DNA of 64,000 nt from a virus. Where the stretch lies: IMG/VR virus record IMGVR_UViG_3300042905_004067; one strand, written 5' to 3'. Positions 30,045 to 38,474 of this stretch are shown here, one piece after another. A program made the translations under genes and the position numbers. A model generated the notes under the pieces. The model was given only the letters and a program-made list of their open reading frames with translations, searched no databases and was not told the DNA's origin. Each line of letters opens with the position of its first letter. The first letter of the stretch is position 1.

Positions 30045-30470
30045 TTATCTTGTGTATCTTTTTCTGCGTTCTTGTGTTATCGTTTCTAAATGTTTTTCGG
30101 GATCAACAAATCTACCAGCCATTGGTCTACCAACTGGTTTTCCCTCTACAACTTTACGACCAACACCAGGACCTCTTTGTCCCTTTACCAGAGAAGAATG
30201 AACATCTCCGGCATGAACACTTGCTGCATGAAGACGATCTCTAACAGAATTTGGCATTTCAACATCGGTATTTAACGCATGTTGTACTGCACCGCGAAGA
30301 GTATTATGAGTATCCATAAACGCAGCAATTATTTGGTGATCTTGTTTTTGATTTGTATGCATTTGCTGCAATCTACTCAAAACTTTATTGTACCGCTCGG
30401 TGTGTGCGGAATGAAGATCGGTCATTGCTTGTCTGCAACCAGTCGGTACTGAAAATGTTCTTGAAGCCAT
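30045..30470 (-). CDS. His-rich late hypothetical protein
   Basis: Start MASRTF after AATAAATA and GGAG; the longer track ORF overlaps a tRNA. Confidence 0.55.
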   Translation of the reverse strand: MASRTFSVPTGCRQAMTDLHSAHTERYNKVLSRLQQMHTNQKQDHQIIAAFMDTHNTLRGAVQHALNTDVEMPNSVRDRLHAASVHAGDVHSSLVKGQRGPGVGRKVVEGKPVGRPMAGRFVDPEKHLETITQERRKRYTR

Positions 30471-30502
30471 AATATTATTCTCCGTACCGTATTTATTAAA
30501 AA

Positions 30503-30575
30503 TAGGATGTATAGGATTCGAACCTACTGCCACCTCGTTATAAGCAAGGCTGGGCCTCCCAGACCCCCACATCCC
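30503..30575 (-). tRNA. tRNA-Ile(TAT)
   Basis: GGGATGT/ACATCCT-A acceptor, CCTTG-CTTATAA-CGAGG anticodon arm, GTTCGAATC. Confidence 0.85.
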
Positions 30576-30581
30576 ATAAGT

Positions 30582-30809
30582 TCACACCCAGTGAATGTGA
30601 CACTTTTTGTTTGAAACATGACCGTTTTCATTCTTCAAGAGATAATTACTCTTTTGACGATCTTCGTCATGTCCAAGACGATAGTTTACTTGTTCTACTC
30701 CAAAAGTCAACATTTTTTCTTTCTCTAGAAGGTCGATAATCTTCTTTGAGATTTCTGCTGCTTCTGATTCGGTGCCAAGCAATGGAATATCAATATGAAG
30801 TCTAAACAT
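30582..30809 (-). CDS. Hypothetical protein
   Basis: Start MFRLHID with AGGAG SD. Confidence 0.55.
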   Translation of the reverse strand: MFRLHIDIPLLGTESEAAEISKKIIDLLEKEKMLTFGVEQVNYRLGHDEDRQKSNYLLKNENGHVSNKKCHIHWV

Positions 30810-30821
30810 TCTGTCTCCTAA

Positions 30822-30894
30822 TAGCACGGGTGGGACTCGAACCCACACTGAATCGATTTTAAGTCGATTGCCTCTGCCTTTGGGCTACCGCGCC
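30822..30894 (-). tRNA. tRNA-Leu(TAA), short variable arm
   Basis: ATCGA-CTTAAAA-TCGAT, GTTCGAGTC, 73 nt. Confidence 0.85.
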
Positions 30895-30900
30895 AATCCA

Positions 30901-31179
30901 TCACCTAGAGGTGCGCTCAAGGTGAGAAATACGATCTGACATTTCCTTCTTAACTTCCTCTAGTGTATAGTATTCACGATCATAACGCATATCAGACTTT
31001 AGATCCTTGATATGTGTATGCAGTGAAGAAATGCATAGTCCTAGAAAAGCAAGGCTAGCAACACCAAAACCAAAAACGTATGGATTCTTAAAATCTAGGT
31101 TTGCAACATTAACAAAACCAAGAATTGAAATTGCACTTAGGATCAAACTGTTTGTTGAATTAAATGAACGATAAATCAT
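30901..31179 (-). CDS. Small two-TM membrane protein
   Basis: Two hydrophobic segments plus charged tail; AAGGAG SD. Confidence 0.6.
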   Translation of the reverse strand: MIYRSFNSTNSLILSAISILGFVNVANLDFKNPYVFGFGVASLAFLGLCISSLHTHIKDLKSDMRYDREYYTLEEVKKEMSDRISHLERTSR

Positions 31180-31196
31180 AGTATCTCCTTTAAAAA

Positions 31197-31574
31197 TTAG
31201 TACTCAAGACGCTGAATACCTGTATCAGTAGTATAGTGAATAGTGTGAAAAACTTCAACACACCACGGTAAACATTTTTCACATGGCTTTGACATTCTCA
31301 TTTGAGCAAACTTATTAAATCGAATATTAATCAAATGTATCTTTTTGGCTTTATCTTCTTTGTCGAGTTTGCGATAGGCATCAAGTTCTGAATGCATTTC
31401 CTCAAACTTATAACCAATTTCTTTTGCCATTGGATGCGTTTTGAAATAATTCATACCAACGGCAATAATTCTCTTTTTACAAATAACAAGAGAAACGTGC
31501 TTTTTTTGCCTTGGAATGGCTAGGCACATAGGAAACGCAGTCTGTAGATATTCTTCTACATGAGACAGTTGCAT
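31197..31574 (-). CDS. Cytidine/dCMP deaminase-fold protein
   Basis: HSE..SKPCEKC zinc motif. Confidence 0.7.
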   Translation of the reverse strand: MQLSHVEEYLQTAFPMCLAIPRQKKHVSLVICKKRIIAVGMNYFKTHPMAKEIGYKFEEMHSELDAYRKLDKEDKAKKIHLINIRFNKFAQMRMSKPCEKCLPWCVEVFHTIHYTTDTGIQRLEY

Positions 31575-31612
31575 GACAGAATTATAACAAAAAATAAAAC
31601 AAATGCAACCAA

Positions 31613-31792
31613 TTATGATTGAATTTTAATGTACTGAATATAGGCTTCCCAAGGATCGTCTTTATATACAGATTGCCCTGTTACTCCTGCTATCTTTTGC
31701 CCGTTCTCGTCTAATTGAAAGACCGTGGCTCCAGATGGTCCAGTAATTGCCCATATAACGGGATATACTAATATTTTTTCTTGAAATCCCAT
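31613..31792 (-). CDS. 59-aa late hypothetical protein (MGFQEKILVYP...)
   Basis: Hand-translated ORF after AATAAATA. Confidence 0.5.
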   Translation of the reverse strand: MGFQEKILVYPVIWAITGPSGATVFQLDENGQKIAGVTGQSVYKDDPWEAYIQYIKIQS

Positions 31793-31805
31793 AATACTAT
31801 TTATT

Positions 31806-31907
31806 AAAAAGAAAGAGGGGGATTACCCGAATCCCCCCCTCTGACGGTCTAAAGGTAGCGAAGTTCCTTTTTCGCACGAACAGCGTAGTTCGCGAGCCCG
31901 TCTGTAC
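31806..31907 (-). ncRNA. Putative late small RNA (three-way junction plus terminator)
   Basis: CATAAATA at 31911-31918; stems GACGG/CCGTC, CGCGAAC/GTTCGTG, AAAGG/CCTTT; G-C terminator with U-run. Confidence 0.55.
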
Positions 31908-31935
31908 TTTTATTTATGAATATACATATTTTACT

Positions 31936-34263
31936 ATGCCAATATGGATTCATAATTATTCACAAGTTCGAGATAACATAGATGTTTTTCGTTATGACAC
32001 AGAGCCTGCTGTATTTCCTCAATATGTTGCGGCAAATCCTATAGCCTACAACCCAAACCTATTTACAAATCAAGAAAGTATTACTGTAAATGGAGAGCAA
32101 ATACCAATTACTGTTGACTTTTCTGGTTGTAGGGTCGGACAAAAAAAATATGGTGATGGTGGCTCGGTTTGGTGTGGAGATGCAAATCAAGACGGAAGTT
32201 TTGAACCAAATGAAGGATTTATAGCATGTAAAGAGTCTACTAATGCAGTTTTTCCATTTTGTAATGCTTTTTGGGCATATGCTAAAGCAGGAGATCAGGC
32301 TTCATGCTCTCTTAATAACATATCTATTTCAGAACGAATTGCACTTTACAAAAATAGTGGAACAATAAACCCACCATATACACCTCATCAACCCTGCGAA
32401 TCTTTTTTAGCAAATTCTTGTGTGTTTGATTCTTATTGGGCAGATAATCGTGGATATAATCCACAACCGTTCAAAAAAATAGATCCGAGAATATCAACAA
32501 ATGGAAAATATTGGAATAATACAAATTTATGGTTTAGTGGTAGCTGGTGGGGCGACGTTTTGGTAGAAAATGATGGTCCAAAATACGGTGAACCTGACGG
32601 GTATGAATATGCAATAACTGTAGGGCATCCAATTACTACCTCACCATGCAGCACAACACTTACTTTTAGTTACTTTGATAAAGAATTAAACGAAATACAG
32701 TATAGAGAATTTGAATGTCCATGTAATGCTTGGGGCAATCCCCCTAACTGCATTAGTTTACAAGAAGACTATCATAGACTTTGGGTAATGAAACCAGATC
32801 AAGAACCAATTCCAGATCATATAAAAAGATATAAGGTACTACAAGGACCAATTAGAAACAATCATCCAACTTACGGATTTCATGAAAATTATACTATAAC
32901 AAAAGTAATTCATAAATTAGAAAATGGCATTTCAGTTGGGATCGCTGATAGATCTAAACCATTTACATTTGGTGTTGATCCAGCACTAATCGGTCTTGGT
33001 TTAAATTATAATGGAAACGAGCAACTATATTTTCAAGGACAAGGAGAGGACGGTGGTTCAGTATTTACTGTAACTCCTGAAGGTGAAACAATTTATGTAG
33101 GAAGACACGAAAACACACATGGAACTAAATTTGGTATATCAAACAGAGATACTATTGATGCATCTAGTTGTTCCACGCCCGATGATGTGTTTTTAATAGC
33201 AGGAGATGAATTGGTATTAAATACAAGATGTGCTTTAGACATCTATCACCCAAATGAAATTTCTGAAGAAAGCACAACAGATATAAAATTAAATCTTGGC
33301 AATCTTAATAATTACCTGTCATATACGAATGATATTCTGGGAACAATTGAAAAACCAAAAATTAAAACTTATGTGTTTCCTGAATTTATTGTAAACCCTG
33401 ATGTAAATATAGAAAATATTTCAGATGTAAATAAAAAATATCCACTAAAAGAAGTTCCGTATCTTTCTAGAGAATCTAAAAATACATTTTTTGAAAATTC
33501 AAACAACATTATTTTTGGTTCTAAAAAAATGTTACAAGCATCGGAATTAAACGAACTTCAAGAAAAATTTTATAAAAACCAATCATTATTTGTTGAATAT
33601 GTAAAAAATTGGATTACTTATTCAAAAATTTATGGTGTTGATTCTTTAGGATTTACAAGAACTGGAAATTCAAGTATAAATCCTTTTGGGTTTGATCTTA
33701 ATAAAATCATACCACTCAATATTGATATGGTAAAAATAAATAAAACAGCACAAACCGAATATGTTATTACCATGAATGCTGGTTGGTATTTGTTAAATTC
33801 AAATTTAACGTTGTTAAGCGCCGGCGAAGGACTCGTTCAATATTTTGGGAGATATGGAAATAATGATTTTATTCATTTAACAGAGAACCAATCAATAACT
33901 ATAAACTTGAACAATATAACTTCTTTTCAGACAAATTTAACAACTGTAAATATTAAACAAAATAATATAATAAATTGTACAAATTACGAAGAATTAAAAG
34001 ACAATACAAATGGAATTCTTCAAGTATCTCCATGCGGTGCTCAAAGAAATTTATTGTTTTTTAAAGAATTAAAAAATGCAACATATACTTCACAAATAAC
34101 ATTTAACGAACCCCCATCAATTCTATCACCACTACCACCACTTCCATTTTATGGTTATTTAGAGAAAAATCTAGGAAGTAATAACTTATTGTTGTATACT
34201 AAAACAACAGGACAGGGATTGTCATTCTATTTTGCTAACGATGTCCCTATCGAATTTACTTAA
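31936..34263 (+). CDS. Virion protein: degenerate trypsin-like N-domain fused to DUF4815-like domain
   Basis: ITVGH and GEDGGSVF motifs; KKMLQASELNELQ C-domain homologous to 7236-7958; TATACATA upstream. Confidence 0.5.
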   Translation: MPIWIHNYSQVRDNIDVFRYDTEPAVFPQYVAANPIAYNPNLFTNQESITVNGEQIPITVDFSGCRVGQKKYGDGGSVWCGDANQDGSFEPNEGFIACKESTNAVFPFCNAFWAYAKAGDQASCSLNNISISERIALYKNSGTINPPYTPHQPCESFLANSCVFDSYWADNRGYNPQPFKKIDPRISTNGKYWNNTNLWFSGSWWGDVLVENDGPKYGEPDGYEYAITVGHPITTSPCSTTLTFSYFDKELNEIQYREFECPCNAWGNPPNCISLQEDYHRLWVMKPDQEPIPDHIKRYKVLQGPIRNNHPTYGFHENYTITKVIHKLENGISVGIADRSKPFTFGVDPALIGLGLNYNGNEQLYFQGQGEDGGSVFTVTPEGETIYVGRHENTHGTKFGISNRDTIDASSCSTPDDVFLIAGDELVLNTRCALDIYHPNEISEESTTDIKLNLGNLNNYLSYTNDILGTIEKPKIKTYVFPEFIVNPDVNIENISDVNKKYPLKEVPYLSRESKNTFFENSNNIIFGSKKMLQASELNELQEKFYKNQSLFVEYVKNWITYSKIYGVDSLGFTRTGNSSINPFGFDLNKIIPLNIDMVKINKTAQTEYVITMNAGWYLLNSNLTLLSAGEGLVQYFGRYGNNDFIHLTENQSITINLNNITSFQTNLTTVNIKQNNIINCTNYEELKDNTNGILQVSPCGAQRNLLFFKELKNATYTSQITFNEPPSILSPLPPLPFYGYLEKNLGSNNLLLYTKTTGQGLSFYFANDVPIEFT

Positions 34264-34357
34264 TTCAATTTTGAGTTGTTCAATTTCTTTTTGAAGTCTA
34301 AAAACAAGATCATCCCCTCTGTTTTCATAGAGGGGATGATTCTTTAATGGTGATTCT

Positions 34358-34579
34358 TCAGTCTTGGAGGAATTGTTTTCCATGACCCTGCTCATTAAGT
34401 TGAGAAATACTTCTTTCCTTTGCTTCCTCAAATATTTTATTATCTGCTTCCGTCCAACCTGTCATCCATTCGTGTCCTTGCATTGACCGAATAGTGTATG
34501 GATTCTCGGATCGATGCTTTCCTGAATAACGAGCCTTAAAGCCCTCATCAAAACTATTTCCGGCATTGTACTCACTCAT
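34358..34579 (-). CDS. Rmf/CrpP-fold-like small protein
   Basis: FDEGFKA..G..NPY..EWMTGW pattern. Confidence 0.5.
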   Translation of the reverse strand: MSEYNAGNSFDEGFKARYSGKHRSENPYTIRSMQGHEWMTGWTEADNKIFEEAKERSISQLNEQGHGKQFLQD

Positions 34580-34687
34580 TTTTTAGATTCCTTTTTCTTA
34601 ATTTTTTTATTGAAAATACGATCCCAGTTGTCAGACCATTTTTTATAGTCTACTGGTCTATATCTATCGCCTTTTCCAGCACCGTGT

Positions 34688-35689
34688 TTACCACCCACGA
34701 TTAAAACTCACTTCTTCTCTATTTCCAGAGAATGATATGTTTGCATTTAAGAACTCTAATGTATTTGAAATAAATTCAGTCATTTTAAGCAAACTACTAA
34801 ATTGATGTAGAAACCCTTTGTAGTATACTTTGAATACGCCAACTGTTTCTAAAACATCACACTTATTTATGATGAGATAATCACAACCAGAAAGTTGCAT
34901 TGATTCAATCAACTTATCAAGATTTAACCAATTTACTAGTCTCTTACGGCCGGTTGTGGAACCGTATTCTTGGCCAAGTTCAATGATTCGATTTAGTGTT
35001 TCATCCTCCCATAAAGTTTCAGGGAACAGTGGATCTACACCACTTTTCGTATCGTAGATTTTAGCAACACCAATACTACGACCAATGTACTTTGGAGGAA
35101 TACCAAGAGAACATGCTCCGTATGGTAAAGTAGTACTACTCGTCACAAATGGATAGTTTCCATGATCAATATCAAGCCACACACTTTGTGCTCCTTCACA
35201 TAAAACTGCACCAGAAAGATGTCCATCCCAGATATACTGAGCATCTAGAACATCTTTTGCTTGTGTACCACAACGAAGCATCTTATCGGCATAGCATGGA
35301 GCAATTCCTTGTCCTGTAGTTCCAAACTTCTTTTTTAATTCTTTCATGTCTCGTTCAATATGCTCATCTGTGATGATATGAGCATGAGGAGAAACTTTTA
35401 CAAGAGAGACATCAAAACCATTTTGCTCCAAGTAAGAAATTTCTTGTAAAAACTTATTTACATGAAGAACACATCCAGGACCAATAATTGATTTTTTACC
35501 TTTAAAAATTCCACAAGGAACACTGTGTGTTTTATACTTTTTGTCTTTGATGTAAACGGTATGTCCCGCATTTGGACCACCATTCCATCGACAAACATAA
35601 TCGTATTCGTGCGCGATTGCATTAGAAATTTTTCCTTTGCCTTCGTCGCCCCATGCGAGTCCATAAATTACGTCTGCATAATCAATCAT
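34688..35689 (-). CDS. purA: Adenylosuccinate synthetase (short form)
   Basis: WGDEGKGK, GGPNAGHT, GTTGQGIAPCYADK, EGAQ, YPFVTSS, EYGSTTGRKR. Confidence 0.95.
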   Translation of the reverse strand: MIDYADVIYGLAWGDEGKGKISNAIAHEYDYVCRWNGGPNAGHTVYIKDKKYKTHSVPCGIFKGKKSIIGPGCVLHVNKFLQEISYLEQNGFDVSLVKVSPHAHIITDEHIERDMKELKKKFGTTGQGIAPCYADKMLRCGTQAKDVLDAQYIWDGHLSGAVLCEGAQSVWLDIDHGNYPFVTSSTTLPYGACSLGIPPKYIGRSIGVAKIYDTKSGVDPLFPETLWEDETLNRIIELGQEYGSTTGRKRLVNWLNLDKLIESMQLSGCDYLIINKCDVLETVGVFKVYYKGFLHQFSSLLKMTEFISNTLEFLNANISFSGNREEVSFNRGW

Positions 35690-35717
35690 GATAAATTCTC
35701 CAACTCCTTCGTTTAAA

Positions 35718-35789
35718 CTGGAGCGACAGGATTTGAACCTGTAACCGATCCGTTAACAGCGGATTGCACTACCGTTGTGCTACGCTCCA
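35718..35789 (-). tRNA. tRNA-Asn(GTT)
   Basis: ATCCG-CTGTTAA-CGGAT, GTTCAAATC. Confidence 0.92.
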
Positions 35790-35837
35790 TCTCATGAATT
35801 TCTCTATGGCAATTTGCACATGTGAATTAAAATTTAA

Positions 35838-35911
35838 CGTCCCTGGCAGGATTTGAACCTGCAATCTACGGCTTAGAAGGTCGTTGCATTATCCTGTTAT
35901 GCTACAGGGAC
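35838..35911 (-). tRNA. tRNA-Arg(TCT)
   Basis: Anticodon loop CTTCTAA, GTCCCTG/CAGGGAC acceptor. Confidence 0.9.
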
Positions 35912-35937
35912 GGATGTTCCTTTTTCAAGGAACACAA

Positions 35938-35965
35938 ATTATATCCACTGTCGTTCACAAGTCAA
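35938..35965 (-). promoter_or_regulatory. sigma70-like promoter TTGACT-N16-TATAAT
   Basis: Upstream of tRNA-Arg/Asn. Confidence 0.65.
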
Positions 35966-36291
35966 GTTGTAAGTTTAAGACCAGCACCAGCACCGACTGG
36001 TCCGTTATTTGGAACGACTAGACCAGAAAGCATTCCTAGATATTGATTCTTCATCTCTTCATCAATATCAACAACAAACATAACAAAACGATCATCAATG
36101 GTAATTCCGTGTGTGTGCTGATTTTCGCTAACATATGGCATCCACTTTGCAAAAGCCAACTTACCTTGTCCCATTGGGAACAAAATTGCTGAATCTGTTA
36201 GAATGTGAATTACACCGTTTACATCTTTGTCACTACGGTACTTACAAATAATTTCTTCACCCGAACTCAAACGAACCATTTTAATTGACAT
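35962..36291 (-). CDS. Conserved T4-like Sm-fold-type protein
   Basis: IKMVRLSSGEEII..KWMPY..Y..SGLVVP. Confidence 0.55.
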   Translation of the reverse strand: MSIKMVRLSSGEEIICKYRSDKDVNGVIHILTDSAILFPMGQGKLAFAKWMPYVSENQHTHGITIDDRFVMFVVDIDEEMKNQYLGMLSGLVVPNNGPVGAGAGLKLTT

Positions 36292-36301
36292 AATATCTCC
36301 A

Positions 36302-36523
36302 TTATTGGCAATTACAATTGCCTAAAAGTTTTTCCCAAATACTGCATTTACGTTTTTCTACAGGAACTCCGCAGCAAAGTTCTGTATAACCGCGAACATC
36401 GTTTACTAACTGAGGATTTTCTTTTGCTCTTGTATGAGCACGAACAATTTCACCGTTAGTTAATAGAAGATCAATACATCTTCCATCAATTTGTACTTTA
36501 GCATAAAAATAATTTATTTCCAT
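36302..36523 (-). CDS. Hypothetical protein
   Basis: Start MEINYF with GGAGG SD. Confidence 0.5.
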   Translation of the reverse strand: MEINYFYAKVQIDGRCIDLLLTNGEIVRAHTRAKENPQLVNDVRGYTELCCGVPVEKRKCSIWEKLLGNCNCQ

Positions 36524-36609
36524 AAAAATCCTCCAACAATATTTATGGGAATAAAAAAGGTGCTGTTTGAGCAGCACCTTTAACCATTCACATGGTTTTA
36601 TTTAATTGT

Positions 36610-36879
36610 TCAGAGAACGTAACGGCTACCGTCGTTGCGGAAACCGTAGGTACGATCACCCGGATGAGTGTCGATCATGACATAACGAGTCTTTCCGGTT
36701 GAAGAAACCTCAGTCTCGATTTGCCAATTACCAAAACGCTCAACGAGTTCACGAATGTTGCTGATCGTTGCGCGAAGATTGCGAACGCCAAAACGGGCGC
36801 GCGCTTCAGATGCGGTAAGAGTATTACCGTTTGCAAGATAGTTGATGACCTTGCGAGTCTTGCTAAGAGTATTAGCCAT
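36610..36879 (-). CDS. Winged helix-turn-helix DNA-binding protein
   Basis: VINYLANGNTLTASEARARFGVRNLRATISNIR. Confidence 0.75.
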   Translation of the reverse strand: MANTLSKTRKVINYLANGNTLTASEARARFGVRNLRATISNIRELVERFGNWQIETEVSSTGKTRYVMIDTHPGDRTYGFRNDGSRYVL

Positions 36880-36960
36880 AGTAAAGAATCCTTTTGAGAC
36901 TTGTTTCTAAAAAGAGTTTGTTGTAAGTCTCAACAACCAACATTCCCTTGATTTGAGTTT

Positions 36961-36988
36961 ATTATAGTAAATATTTAATTTGTGTCAA
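36961..36988 (-). promoter_or_regulatory. sigma70-like promoter TTGACA-N16-TATAAT
   Basis: Exact hexamers upstream of the HTH gene leader. Confidence 0.75.
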
Positions 36989-37154
36989 CAGAATTGTTCC
37001 AAGAAAGTGCTACTTCCTCGGCTTTTGTTCTGTCACGAAACGCAAACTTCTTAATGATATCACATCCCTTGTAACAAACCACGAAAAAGATAATATCTTT
37101 CTCGTTATCGTCAACAAAAGTAATATGAATCTCAGATGTTTTTGTAAGTGACAT
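36975..37154 (-). CDS. Hypothetical protein
   Basis: Start MSLTKT just downstream of tRNA-Glu. Confidence 0.45.
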   Translation of the reverse strand: MSLTKTSEIHITFVDDNEKDIIFFVVCYKGCDIIKKFAFRDRTKAEEVALSWNNSVDTN

Positions 37155-37156
37155 AG

Positions 37157-37230
37157 TACGCCCACGGGGACTCGAACCCCGACTCACCGCCTTGAAAGGG
37201 CGGGGATTTAGCCAGTTAATCTATGAGCGC
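37157..37230 (-). tRNA. tRNA-Glu(TTC)
   Basis: CCGCC-CTTTCAA-GGCGG, GTTCGAGTC. Confidence 0.92.
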
Positions 37231-37241
37231 ATAACAAACAA

Positions 37242-37314
37242 TGCCTCCAGTAGGGATCGAACCTACGACCTATCGGTTAAAAGCCGAATGCTCTACCATC
37301 TGAGCTATAGAGGC
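37242..37314 (-). tRNA. tRNA-Lys(TTT)
   Basis: TCGG-CTTTTAA-CCGA, GTTCGATCC. Confidence 0.92.
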
Positions 37315-37335
37315 GTCTTCACTTGTACGGTGTTA

Positions 37336-37363
37336 ATTATATCGCTCAATTTTTTTATGTCAA
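37336..37363 (-). promoter_or_regulatory. sigma70-like promoter TTGACA-N16-TATAAT
   Basis: Upstream of tRNA-Lys/Glu. Confidence 0.75.
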
Positions 37364-37435
37364 TCTATTTTTTACTTCTTTTAGTATTTTTTGAGTAATT
37401 GTTTATGACGCTTCTTCATAACAATATGTAAAAAT

Positions 37436-37590
37436 AAAAAAACCCAACCATTACTGGCTGGGGAGTCGTTTACCATGACTCTTTGGGGAGGCGTCGATTC
37501 TCCTTACGACGAGAGTTTTATTTTCGATGCATATCAGATTACTCTAAACTGTATGCATCCACTGCGTTTAAGGAGTGCAGGCTCCTTATA
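37436..37590 (-). ncRNA. Putative multi-pseudoknot ncRNA
   Basis: Five consecutive helices, three loop-downstream complementarities, terminator with U-run. Confidence 0.6.
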
Positions 37591-37646
37591 ATATAATAAT
37601 ATACTGTGTCATAGAGTTAAATACATGGTAATTTCCATTCATCTAA

Positions 37647-37730
37647 TGGGATAGATGGGAATCGAACCCATATGCCCTTGCGGGCGGCAGATTTTGAGTC
37701 TGCTGCGTCTGCCTGTTCCGCCACATTCCC
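37647..37730 (-). tRNA. tRNA-Leu(CAA)
   Basis: GCAGA-CTCAAAA-TCTGC, long variable arm; two acceptor-stem mismatches. Confidence 0.85.
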
Positions 37731-37737
37731 GTTTCTG

Positions 37738-38313
37738 TTATGCTGGTATTGTAACAGGTATTTGTAAACCGTCAAGATACCATTTTGGTATTTTTCCATC
37801 TGGCCACTTTGCAAAACGGCTTTTTTCATTAACATAATATGCTCTATATGCCTCTACCGCATTTTCTTTTTTATATTGATCTGGCATGGCTTGTGCAAAA
37901 GGAGGAAGATCTGCCGTAATTGGAATTGTTTTTGGTTTATGAATTAAAGAGTGTTGAACCAACGAATCATACGCATGAACTTTATTATATCGAACTTCAT
38001 AAACTTTTAGCATTTCTTTCACATGAGACCATAACCAACTATATGCTAAGTTAGAAGAGCGAGTCCAAATTGTACATGGATGATTTACCATAGTGCAACG
38101 AAGAAGAGGAGGAAAAAAGAAATCCTTTCTAGTGGTTTCATAGGTAGAAAACTTACGTCCATTTTTTCCTGTACGAGTAATCTGAATACCATCAAGAACG
38201 TGATGTGCTGTTGATAATAATTGACAAGATTCAACAATCATCTTTACGACATGCTTGTTGCACATATCCCACGCGGCTTGCGCGGGATCTTCATCTAATA
38301 CAAAAATATTCAT
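37738..38313 (-). CDS. Pyrimidine dimer DNA glycosylase family protein (DenV-like)
   Basis: [51 protein letters not shown]. Confidence 0.8.
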   Translation of the reverse strand: MNIFVLDEDPAQAAWDMCNKHVVKMIVESCQLLSTAHHVLDGIQITRTGKNGRKFSTYETTRKDFFFPPLLRCTMVNHPCTIWTRSSNLAYSWLWSHVKEMLKVYEVRYNKVHAYDSLVQHSLIHKPKTIPITADLPPFAQAMPDQYKKENAVEAYRAYYVNEKSRFAKWPDGKIPKWYLDGLQIPVTIPA

Positions 38314-38474
38314 CTTCCTAGTTTTTGCTTAACAATTTTTGGCAAACAACCTTCTCGTTCAAGTCGATCAAGTGTCTTTTTGCTTGCATTTAGTAGCAAT
38401 AGTTGATCACGACGCTTTCGAAGTTTGCGGCGACGACTAATTCTAAGTTTGTTTTTCTTATCAGTGCTGTTCAT
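38310..38474 (-). CDS. 54-aa highly basic protein ([22 protein letters not shown]...)
   Basis: Hand-translated; ATGA overlaps with both neighbours. Confidence 0.55.
   Translation of the reverse strand: MNSTDKKNKLRISRRRKLRKRRDQLLLLNASKKTLDRLEREGCLPKIVKQKLGR

Noticed and set aside
34688-35689. PurZ / 2-aminoadenine (Z-genome) pathway
   Set aside because: The motif is WGDEGKG with the catalytic Asp of canonical PurA; PurZ has Ser at this position.
37192-37837. Track ORFs over tRNA-Lys/Glu/Leu, and N-terminal extensions of 30045, 30582 and 36975
   Set aside because: They run through tRNA genes; better starts with SD exist downstream.
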